This document shows, in pieces, positions 53,412 to 64,000 of a stretch of 64,000 nucleotides of DNA. The DNA lies in contig NC_042998.1 of NCBI RefSeq assembly GCF_006345805.1, positions 125,240,001 to 125,304,000 on the forward strand, written 5' to 3'. The position numbers were made by a program, and so were the translations under genes. The notes under the pieces are model-generated. The model was not told the DNA's origin and ran no database searches. It worked only from the letters and a program-made list of their open reading frames with translations. The stretch comes from Octopus sinensis. Lineage: Eukaryota. Numbering within the stretch: the stretch's first letter is position 1; each line of letters opens with the position of its first letter.

Positions 53412-56369
53412 CTATTATTATTATTCAAACATATAAGTTGATGCAAAATGCATAAATAGCAATTTTTGTTGTTATAATTGTGGTTATTGTCGTTGGTTGT
53501 TGTTGTTTCTTTCAAAGTGTATCTCAAGTATTTTTTGACACGTTCAGTCTTATTTTTCGAATCGCTTGAATTATTTTCCCATTTTTTGTTTCCTTTCTAT
53601 TATAACAATTTCTATTTCAGGCTTATTCCCGTCGTCGTCGTTATTATTGTTCCTGTGTTTGCACTGTTGATGATGTTGTCATCGTTGTTGTAATACTGCC
53701 GATGTTTTATGGTCGAGTTTGTTATTGTTGTTTATGATTTATCCATTTGTTCTCCATTTTATAACTTTACTTCTAATGATTTCAAACTAAACAGAAATGA
53801 CATTTCTAAATACATACATTTTGTTGTAGTTCTTGTTGTTTCGGGTTCATTCAAAACTGAAAGAAAATATCTTCCTATAGAAATTGGACAAGAGTTTATT
53901 TCTTTATATTTATTTTTTTTTAAATTTTTTTAACATTTCCAAACAAAGCCAAATTTATGTTCTTATTGTGTTTTTTTGTCTTTTACGGTTTTTTCTAAGA
54001 ATTTTTTCAAGGCTTTGTTTAAATATGTTGTTCACTTCAATTGTGATGATTAATACTGAATCCAATCCAACTTCTGGTTACAGGCGACTTGTCCAAAGAT
54101 TGCTCTTCATATGTGTATGATGGAGCGATTCGAGCTTGCAACGGTTAGAATTTCGACTCTTATTCTTTAGCAAATAACCATCAACAACTGTTTTCATTCA
54201 TTTCAATAGTACTTTTGCTGTCCTTGGGAAAGGCGTGATTGCTGCAATTGCACCCAAAAATGTACAATCATTTTTGCTTAGTCAAAAGAACCCAATTATC
54301 TATTGATTAAAGTGTTTCATTTGTGTTATAGGATGAGTTAATTGGGATGAAGGATTAATTTCGTTGCCTAATCAGACAGTAATATGGTTGAGACAGAACC
54401 GTACATCTGACTAATTAAATAAGAATTAGTCCGAGAAAACTAAAAGGATTCTAAATCGACAAAATCATTGAGTAAAGTTGAAAGTTCTTGGTGCGGTTAT
54501 ATGGCGCAGGGTATGAAGATATTAACATTTAGACTCCGACCAAGGACTTTACTCGAAATATCAATAGTCTCGTCTATCTTCACAACATATGATCTTAGCT
54601 AAATTTCCGAACTTTAATAAATGTCGCTCGTTATATGACATTTGGACATCTTTTCTCAGTTATTCTCAACTGTGTGCCGCAGTACGTCACTTACAGTGTC
54701 TAATAGCATTTTCAAAATGCAATCAGAATTTCAAATATGATTGAAGGTTTTACAAAATCTATGTTAATGTTTGACCATCTTTAAAAAATTGTTATTCACA
54801 ATTTTGCTGGACATATTCAAGATTTAATGAAACAAAGTAACACATTTTTAGTATATTTCTAACTTTAAAACATTGTTCTTGTCTACCTTTTATGCTATGT
54901 AAGTCAGTAATTATTCGATCCCCAGTTCGCCAGTAATTTTTTTATTTAATCTCGAGTCTCAAGAGTTTTATTCAGTTATTTACCCTACCCCCATGCTGAA
55001 GTATCCCACTAGCATCAAAATATAGCCACGTCCCACCGATGGGATATACACACCGTCTTAAAACCCCTGATCTAATGTGTCATGGAGACAAGAAGATTGA
55101 GACCCACTGCCTTATACGCAAAGCCTTTGCGACTTCATGACATAAACCGATAACCTATAAATTCCACTATTTAACAGTTATGAAGGCAGTCTTCAGTTGC
55201 ACCATTGTTGGAAACGGGATTTTTAGTTAAGCCTATTTTTTAGTTAAGATATTTTATTCGAAATTATCAATGCTCTGATGTCTTCTCATATTATTCAAAG
55301 TGTTTTAAATTTTCTTTTTCCATTTTTGTTACTACTAATACTTATTAATATTTTTTTGCTTGTTTTTGCTGTTTTAGTGAATAATCGTGTCAGATTTCGG
55401 GAGAAAAAAAGTTGCAGTTTAGTAGTTTCGGGTAAGTCAATTTTCATTTATTTGTCCCACTGGTTTAAACATTTTTGCATATATCATTAAGACGTTCTCT
55501 CTCTCTCTCTCATATATATATAAAATTTACCAATAAAATCCGTATCAATAATACCGGGAAGATTTATAGTTGGCTAACTCCATAAGATATCCGGTTAACA
55601 GTCAATGAACCGACGATTTGTATCCTATTATCGATATTGCATCCCTACCCAAAACATTTTGTCTTTCCATGATGTAGACCACTAAATTATAAATAGGTTC
55701 AATGTGCATGTACAGCACGCTTGTAGCATTGCCAAGAACAGAAACTCAATATTTAATGTGGGTTTTCTTAGCTTAAAGTGCTGAGTTCAAATCTTTCTTG
55801 GGGGTAAAATACAAGTATTCACTCACAAATTAGATTCCCAAGGCGTATAGGTTGGTCTTGAAACTGGATTTAGTTTTACTTACTAGCATAATTCAGCTCG
55901 CCATTTATGGGCATATACCATAAAGTGGATAACTTAACACTAAGGATTTCCATGAAAATATTTCTTACTGAAGAGGTAATATCGTACTAGAGAGGTAACG
56001 ATTGTTCGTGATACAAACCTTATCTTTTCCGTTTTTATCTAAATTAGGCTTCAATTGATATATACTGTTATAAAGGAACAGACATATCTGCATGGTTAAG
56101 TTTGCTTTGCACTTCCGTAATTTTTGGTTTAATCTTATTACGATACATCTTGGTTACCTGATTCTACCATATCATTTAGTAAACCAATGCTCTATGAGAG
56201 GACTTGGGAGAAGGAAATTGTTAAGCTCGTTAGAGTGACCGTCTCTGTTCATGGGATGTATACTCTCTCCGTTAGTTAAACTGAGAGAGGTTATGCTAAC
56301 CGGTATTAAATCAGTAAACAGAGTAAGACTCCGCTAGATGTACCAAACTCTGACATTTTGGTACATTGA

Positions 56370-56820
56370 GTGGAGTTCACTCTTTGGCAAGCATAATTCC
56401 TCTTCTTTCTTCCCTTCGGTCACAGAGACCCTAAGAAGGACCCTGAATGCTGTCTTTAGGCTCAAGTGAATCCTACAATGAAATACAGCACCCACACCTG
56501 GGATGATGATGATGCTATCACATACAGACTGCATCCAGAGAAGGACCAGTCGACTGAGCGGCATTCAGTCACAAACGGACATACTCCAACCTCTGTCCCA
56601 CAAACATGCTGTCTTCTCTCTGTCTTTTCTCGCGATATTATAACCGTTTCTGCTCCTCTGAGCTGGTTGGTTTCATACCTCTACCACTTAAGGACCATTC
56701 ATCCACTCGCCTCTCTATCTCGCGTCTACCTTGAGTCTAATCCACCCTGGCTCTGCTCTAACAACTTTCCATGGTCCTTCTCCCCAGAACGACGGCCCTC
56801 TGAAAAGGTGTTAACCAGTA
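56370..56820 (+). mobile_element. LINE (CR1/Jockey-group) ORF2 C-terminal fragment
   Basis: AQVNPTMKYSTHTWD, DCIQRRTSRL, DILQPLSHKHAV.SL, YYNRFCSSELVGFIP, SFSPER across frameshifts. Confidence 0.8.
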
Positions 56821-58117
56821 ACAGACATAAACCATATTGGTCTGGGTTGGGACTGCAATGATCATGGTCACTACCTCTTCTGTCAGATTCAGCAAGTGAA
56901 AAAAGCAGCTATTAAGAAGTAAACCTAATAGGTTAGTATGCCATGTGTACCAAAAATGCGTTTAAGTTTATAGCACTCGCATAACTTCGTTTTTTTTACC
57001 ACGCCACTGCCTGGGTACAATGTCGCAAGACATTCGAAACTGATGTGTGATTGTTACAAAACGTCAATTTCGACTGTCTTTCTGAACAACTTCACCAATC
57101 AATTTCGAGACAGTGACAGCTGACTTTTGTCGTATAAATAAATGAATGAATACATAAATAAATAAAAATACAAACCGATGTAGTTAACAGAATGTTGAGC
57201 ATCTGATTTACGGTGCATGATTCTGTGACAAGAAATATCTACATTAAAAACATATGGACCTTTAAAAAAAGAAAGTGGTCAGCCATCAAGTTCGTAAAAT
57301 TTAGCGTCACAAAAAGTAAATCGATAAGCGTAAGATTTCTACTTGGACTTTGGAGGTGATATTATCTTTCACGGCATTTTACCAGCTATATTTTTTTGTA
57401 CTTCATTTTTCTTGCTGTCATCTTCATCATCGACGCTAATTATGTTGTGGTTTTGTTGTGTTGCGGTTGATGTGATTATTTGTACTTATTCTTTTACACT
57501 TTCAGACAGAATAAATTGTGCTCTAGTCTGTTAATTATATATCTAGTCCACATTTGAATTACCTCTTGTAAAAATATTTGGCTATTGTGTGTGTGTGTTT
57601 TACAGTGGCAGAAATTTACGTTGAATAGAGTTTAAAAAATCTGAAGCAATAGTGCGTCTCCACTAAATGTTTAATAATGAATAGCGTTCTAGATTTTAAG
57701 CCAAGATTCAAAATCGAATCTATATTTTCCTACGAATTTTTTCTTGCTGTTCTCCGTTTTTGCACCAAGAAATTTATGAGACAACTGCTATGTTTAGTTA
57801 GGTCTGAGAGACTGCTGAAGATTCTTAGGTTAAATAGGGTTTAGACAAGGTAACACAGAAATCTTTCGTTCAGACTGACCTAATTTAGTTAGACAAAATA
57901 TAAATACGGAACCTAAAATCGATTGTACTTCTTTCGTTGGGTGCCTTCCCCAAAGGGCACATCTGTCTGTTTCTCTCTTCACGTATGGTTTGTCGCCGCA
58001 GCAAAACAAAAGGACTTTCACCCTCTCTACTTTTCAACATAGAGAGGTCAATTCTCCTACTCTTTCCTCCTCTTCTTCTTCCGTCTGTCCTTCTAGCAGT
58101 CAATAAAAGATGAACTT

Positions 58118-58438
58118 GTGAGGGCGCGTGGCTTAGTGGTTAGGGCATTCGGCTCATGATCGTAAGGTTGTGAGTTCGATTCCCGGCGACGCGTTGTGTC
58201 CTTGAGCAAGACACTTTATTTCACGTTGCTCCAGTCCACTCAGCTGGCAAAAATGAGTTGTACTTGTACTTCAAAGGGTCAGCCTTGTCATTCTCTGTGT
58301 CACGCTGATTATCCCCGAGAACTTAAGGGTACACGTGTCTGTGGAATGCTCAGCCATTTGCACGTTAATTTCACGAGCAAGCTGTTCCGTTGATCGTATC
58401 AGCTGGGACCCTCGTCGTCGTAACCGGCGGAGTCTTTA
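58118..58438 (+). mobile_element. tRNA-derived SINE with 13-bp TSD
   Basis: A box TGGCTTAGTGG, B box GAGTTCGATTCC; TSD aaaagatgaactt at 58105-58117 and 58439-58451. Confidence 0.92.
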
Positions 58439-59024
58439 AAAAGATGAACTTAACTAACTACAGAATGGATAACGGAAGAGTAAACAATCTATTGTACAAC
58501 AACTCGAAGAAGTTGTATCTTATTTTGTAACGAACAAATAAAGGCCCTTATCTTCATGAATAATCTTATTCCACTCATTCATTTGCCACATATAAATTGC
58601 TAGTTTTGAGAGCTAAAAAGTGGAATCTCTTTTTGGTCAAGACTTACCAGTAATAGCAACCAAATCAACCTCAGAATGCTTCCTTATGTCTTTAAAAACT
58701 GGCATGACACATTGAACAATGCAATACCATAATGCATTCGGTCTGAAAAAAGGATAGTATAGTTGATGACTTTAATCATGGATATATTCGGTTTGTTCAT
58801 TTAGGAATATACAGCAATAAGAGCAACTAAATGTGTTAAGGTATTTATTTTCGTGCTTAACATTTCTAAATTCCAGTTCATTTGTTGTGGAATAATAATA
58901 TCAAGTACTGTAGAGATATATTGCACTTTTAGGCCTTAGCTATAAACAAGGTATTTTCCACGTACTGAAAGTAGAAGTTGTTTAATCCCACGTCACCTTT
59001 GATCGCACAGACTTTTACTTTTTC

Positions 59025-59570
59025 ACTTCTTTCAATCATAGGACTGCGGCCTTGCTGGAGCATGTAGTGTTAGACGAACAAATTGATTCCTGTACTTATT
59101 TTACACCTGGTACTCATGCTATTGGGTCTCTAATCGAACTGCTAAGTTACGACATACCTATTTCTTTACTACCCACAAGGGGCTAAACACAGAAAGGACA
59201 AACAAGGACAGGCAGACAGATTAAGTCGATTATATCGACCCCAGTGCATAACTGGTACTTATTTAATCGACCCCCGAAAGGATGAAAGGCAAAGTCGACC
59301 TCGGCGGAATTTGAACTCAGAACGTAGCGGCAGACGGAATACCGCTAAGCATTTCGTCCGGTGTGCTAACGTTTCTGCCAGCTCGCCACCTTATAAACAC
59401 CAATACCAGTTACCAAATGATAGTGGGGACAAATACGCATATACATGTGTGCGTGGCAAAACATTTATCAACCCAAAACTATGCCAGAAGACACCTGCCC
59501 AAAATTCTGCAGAGTGGAGCTGAACCCGAACCCAAGTGGTTGCGAAGCGAACTTAGTCACACACGCCTAT
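59025..59570 (-). mobile_element. Old SINE (family of 43568-44010) interrupted by a younger SINE
   Basis: 59025-59155 matches 43580-43712 and 59395-59570 matches 43715-44010. Confidence 0.7.
59158..59392 (-). mobile_element. Well-preserved tRNA-derived SINE
   Basis: Head ggtggcgagctggcagaaacgttagc, B box GAGTTCAAATTCC, body gtcgactttgcctttcatcctttcggg..gtcgattaaataagtaccag; many degenerate copies in the window. Confidence 0.9.
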
Positions 59571-62129
59571 TCAAATAGCCCGCGCCTATTCAAATCATCA
59601 CCTGGCATTTTATTTTATTGTTTGAATACAGGAGAAATAGAAACCTCACGCTAATCCATTTTTAAGATGGTAGGATATAAGTTGAAGTTTATTCGGCTGC
59701 TATTTCTAGCAAGTTTAATAACTATGTAAAAACTTCCACGTGTTGGTTCATATTATCTTTGCAATAAAGAGCTAAGCTAATTTATATCCAGAAACAAGTT
59801 GCTGCTGTTTTTACTACAATTGCATCTACTTCTATGATTTATGCTATCTTTATTGTTGTTAGCAATTTTGTGGTATTAAGAGAAATAATAATGGGTGTTA
59901 TATAAATATTATATTGTCCATTGTTTCATACTGATGTGTTTCTTTTAGGTTTTGTTTCTTATTTGAATCTTCATTAATTATTAAGAATATTTTATTACTG
60001 TTTCGAGACAGAGTGCCTGATAGCCACCTAAAACCTAATGTATTTCCTTTCATAATCTGTGTATCAGTACTTAGTTTGACAATTTATTACCTCATCTAAA
60101 TGGTAAAAGACATTTGAACGCATCTCTTTATATCTTTGAAGTTCTAAATTAAAGCTGAATGGAAGATCTTTTATTTGAGGCAGACAGTTGCACGTTAGAT
60201 TCTTCTGAAATTTGTTTGGTAAGCCAGTTTCTCTTAGAAACACCTCAAGAATCTAACATGCTAAATTTGAGGTTTGAGAATAACACTTAGGCACAAGACC
60301 TGACATTTTGTGGGGATAGGGCTAGTCGATTACATCGACCCCAATGCTGAACTGGCACTTATTTTAACAACCCGAAAGATAATGTTTAGTGTCTGCATGT
60401 ATTTTTGGAATTTCGAAGTTGGGTCTGTTTGGCCAGTGGCTTGATCTGAGATTATCAGTTGAAATTAAATCAATTACAAGGCAAGAGGCATTTCAGTCAT
60501 TTACGAACACAGTTCCATGCTCTGTTGTTCATTCATCAAATGGCATTTCTAATAAGAAGTACCAAAAAGCTTCGTAGTATTTCTGCAATTTGGTCACTGA
60601 CGCACTTCCACTGGAGTAGATTTATGTCAGTAACCAATTCGTAGAAATGCGACCGAAACTTATTGAAGATTCATAGTAGATATCATTTAATAAATAAATA
60701 AATGAAAGTATTTAGTAGAGAGGAGTAGCTCAAACTAAGAAAGTTTAAACTTGTACAAGTCGTAGACTGTCAGTGAACACGATAGAGGTATTTACTAGCG
60801 ACAATAAGCAGTACAGAGCAGGGGCGCATGACCCAGTTTTCTTCCTGGTGAAATCTGTGTTAAAATTAAAACGAAGTTATCTGCGATGGAATGTGATTAG
60901 CAAAACTGAAATTTATCTTCTCAACAGATTTCATGGCGGCCAAACTTAAGCAGTGGACACAACTTTATCATTATCAATCTTCCAATTTAACTAACCACAG
61001 CGTTCTCTTATCACTTCTTTCCTCTTCTAAACTCATTAAGTCAAAATTTCGTTTCTTCAGCAAATCTTGTGAATGATTCTGAAATATCTTTTATCACCAA
61101 AAATACCCTCACATAATCATATAATCTTATTAACCAAGAGATCTTTCCATCTAATTATTTGATTTCTTTCACAGCATTAAAGATTCGGGTACAACTGGTT
61201 CCTGTTTAAATGACACCAGAGCCCTTTGTTACTTTTAATCCGAAGTTTTAAATACTATCTCTTGCCAACAATATCAACTCCTGCTTATCATCCGATTGCT
61301 GTTATCAATGATAAACCATCAATCGAAAAATCAAACATATATCTATGGTATTAATAGATATATTAAAGAATTAAACAGACGGCAACTTCGCTGAAGAAGC
61401 ATTACGCTCGATTCACATTAAGCTATTCATTTATATACGATCCTGCAAAGATAAACTTCAACCTTTGCTATCATCATTTAAGATGGAAGCATATCGAAAA
61501 AGAAATGGGCCACATTCCATTTGACCACTTCTGTGATATAGCTAAAGGAAAGATCGCAGAAATGTATATAATGAAGCTAGTATATAGCTTAAACACTGCT
61601 GCTACTTTATATGTATCAAGTATGCGGAATGAGTTGTAACGCAAAACTAATATTTGGCTGCAACTATTACGACTGTTGTTGCTTTAATCGTGAATATATC
61701 AATCCATAAGAATCTTTTTCCTTCCTTTTCGTTCTTTTAAGTTATCGTTACTGAAGTTTGAATACGCGCCTCTAATATCGCTAAGGCCTTTGGGGTGAAA
61801 TCCTAATCGTCACAATTCACAATTTTCTTTTGTATGAATCTGCTATCTTGTGCGATTATGAGATTACTTTTACGAGTTTATGCCACAGTATCACATTTAG
61901 AAGAGATGGGGTTGCTGGATTGGTGGGTTATCGGAAAGTCTAAATGGAGCTGTTATCCCTTATTTGGGGAATAGTTAGGTCATGTGAAATTCATCGCTGG
62001 AAGAAGCCTAAAGGAGATTGGAGATTTAATGAACTCTTTATGATCGATTAGCAAGTCTTTCACATGCAAAAGCTCACATTATTAGACGTTATCTCAGGGC
62101 AGGATTGGCAAAATTATTATAGCGTCATT

Positions 62130-62650
62130 TACGTTCTGAGTTCAAATCCCACTACGGTCAGTTTTTGCCTTTCATCTGTCCTGGGTCGATAAAATAAAGT
62201 ATCAGTAGAGTACTGGGATCGATATAATCGACTGAGTCACTCTCTCTTAAACTGCTGGCCTTTTCTCTAAATTAGAGGCAATTATATTTGACGCACCGCA
62301 GTTAATCTAAACACTGTAAATAAGTTATCTGTGAATTCCAATTGAAAATAAACAGAAAAAAAACGCGATGGTCATATTGAAATGTCTTTAATTGGTCTGC
62401 AACTAAACTAAAACAAAATCAAGGTAAGCGCTTTGTCACAAGAGCGAGATGAAGAAAATAAGACAATAGTGATTTCTAAGGCCAGCAATAAAATTTGATA
62501 GGAGGGAGCTTAGTAGATACCATCAATCCAAATACTTGATTGATTTTATCGACCTCGGAGGAATGAAAAAATAAAATGACCTCACAAGGTGAAGAATCGG
62601 AAGAAATACTACAAGATATTTTCACCGACTCTTTAACGATTCTGCCAAAA
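62130..62650. mobile_element. Two degenerate SINE copies in inverted, convergent orientation
   Basis: 62130-62280 (+) and 62490-62650 (-), both of the 59158-59392 family. Confidence 0.65.
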
Positions 62651-62655
62651 TTATA

Positions 62656-63869
62656 ATGTTTCAAAATTAGACACGAAGAAAATCTCAATGGAAACATTAA
62701 AAACATGCAAAACTACACCTAATCGAACCCTTTAAATTGATAATCTTTTTGGAATTTCTCTTCCCAGTAACTAAGCTTTAATAACTTCCAACCGTCTGCT
62801 TTAAATCTCGCCAAAAGCTTCTGTTCCACAGCAGTTCAAGAGCTCATATAAGCAATAGTTCTTGACCTTGTTCAGAAATCACTTGGGCATAAAGTAGACT
62901 GTTGGTCAAATATTCATTTATTGCATTGCAGAAGGCAACAGTTTGTTTTTGTGGTTTAATTGATTAAATGAATTCCATTACATGTGTCTAATTTTGAAAC
63001 ATCCTATGTTGAGTGACGTCAATACTCTACTACAACTTACGACTCCGGTTACAATTTTTCTAATATTGAGAGCCGTCACTGATCAAATAGATGTATCAGA
63101 ACAATTTACTTAGTGATGAAAGATCTGTTAACTAGCACTACATTTTTAGCAATTAAACAACCTAATTTTTCAACGGTATAAATCACATACATGCAAATCA
63201 TACTACAAGAAGATATAGTTCACCACTGTAGGATTTCAATTCTAAGTTTTTATTTCTTTCGTGAGAAAATTAGTCTCGTGTCATATCTAGAAATAGATTT
63301 GTTCCACCGTTTAACACACAGAAATTTTTTTTAAAAACCCATCCGCAGATCGGCGCGTCCAGTTGCGTGTTTCCTGTATCACAAACTGTACGTAATATTT
63401 AACCAATACAAAGATAGTCAAAAACGATAGCGTGCTGGATCATATGCTTAATAGTATTTAATTTGTTATCTTTACGTTCTGAGTTCAAATCACATGAAAG
63501 CTGATTCTTTCATTACTCTGGATTCATCAAATCAAATACCAAAACATGTAATGGAATTCATTTAATCAATCAAACCACAAAAACAAACTGTTGCCTTCTG
63601 CAAAACAATAAATGAATATTTGACCAACACAGTCTATGCCCAAGTGATTTCTGAACAAGATCAAGAACTATTGCTTATATGAGCTCTTGAATTGATGCAG
63701 AACAGGAGCTTTTGGCGAGATTTAAAGCAGACGTTTGGAAGTTATTAAAGCTTAGTTATTGAGAAGAGAAATTCCAAAAAGATTATCAATTTAAAGGGTT
63801 CGATTAGGTGTGGTTTGCGTGTTTTTAATGTTTCGATTGAGATTTTCTTCGTGTCTAATTCTGAAACAT
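62656..63869. repeat. ~330-bp inverted repeat pair with ~560-bp spacer
   Basis: 62656-62985 is a close reverse complement of 63544-63869. Confidence 0.92.
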
Positions 63870-64000
63870 ACTTTAAGGTGCCTGATAAAAGGAAAAGAAA
63901 AGGAAGACAGAGAGGAAGGGGAGGAAAAGGACTTACCGACCTACAAACAATATTTACTCTGAAAAGTAGACGCTCTAATGCACTCGAATATAGAACGAAA

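Noticed and set aside
57830-58105. Stop-free frames on both strands (Ser-rich plus, Arg-rich minus)
   Set aside because: Driven partly by a CT-rich tract; no clear splice sites or homology.
60800-61500. Possible decayed RT on the minus strand
   Set aside because: Only a faint SGV..G..P..FNAV resemblance; insufficient.
63929-63940. Minus-strand GGTAAGT splice donor
   Set aside because: Isolated motif at the window edge with no convincing exon.

Overview
AT-rich, repeat-dense eukaryotic DNA with no intact long gene. The tRNA-derived SINE families and microsatellite load match what I know of coleoid cephalopod (Octopus-like) genomes; this is inferred from repeat recognition, not a search. Nearly all ORFs in the track are microsatellite artefacts or decayed transposon fragments. 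Recognisable elements: two Penelope-like (RT + GIY-YIG) fossils, two restriction-like-endonuclease LINE fragments (HERO-like, R4/Dong-like), CR1/Jockey-group LINE fragments, Tc1, mariner, DD37D/maT-like and pogo/Tigger relics, several MITEs, a non-autonomous Helitron-like element and many SINEs, some with clean target-site duplications (TSDs). Most interesting are two non-coding elements carrying Penelope-type hammerhead ribozyme motifs: a tandem-hammerhead, retrozyme-like element (20750-21717) and a tRNA-headed SINE with a hammerhead-type tail inserted into a Penelope fossil (47465-47797). Also present: modular SINE chimeras, several long inverted repeats, and three short candidate plus-strand exons suggesting the window may be mostly intronic. 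All calls were made by eye; coordinates of decayed elements are approximate.
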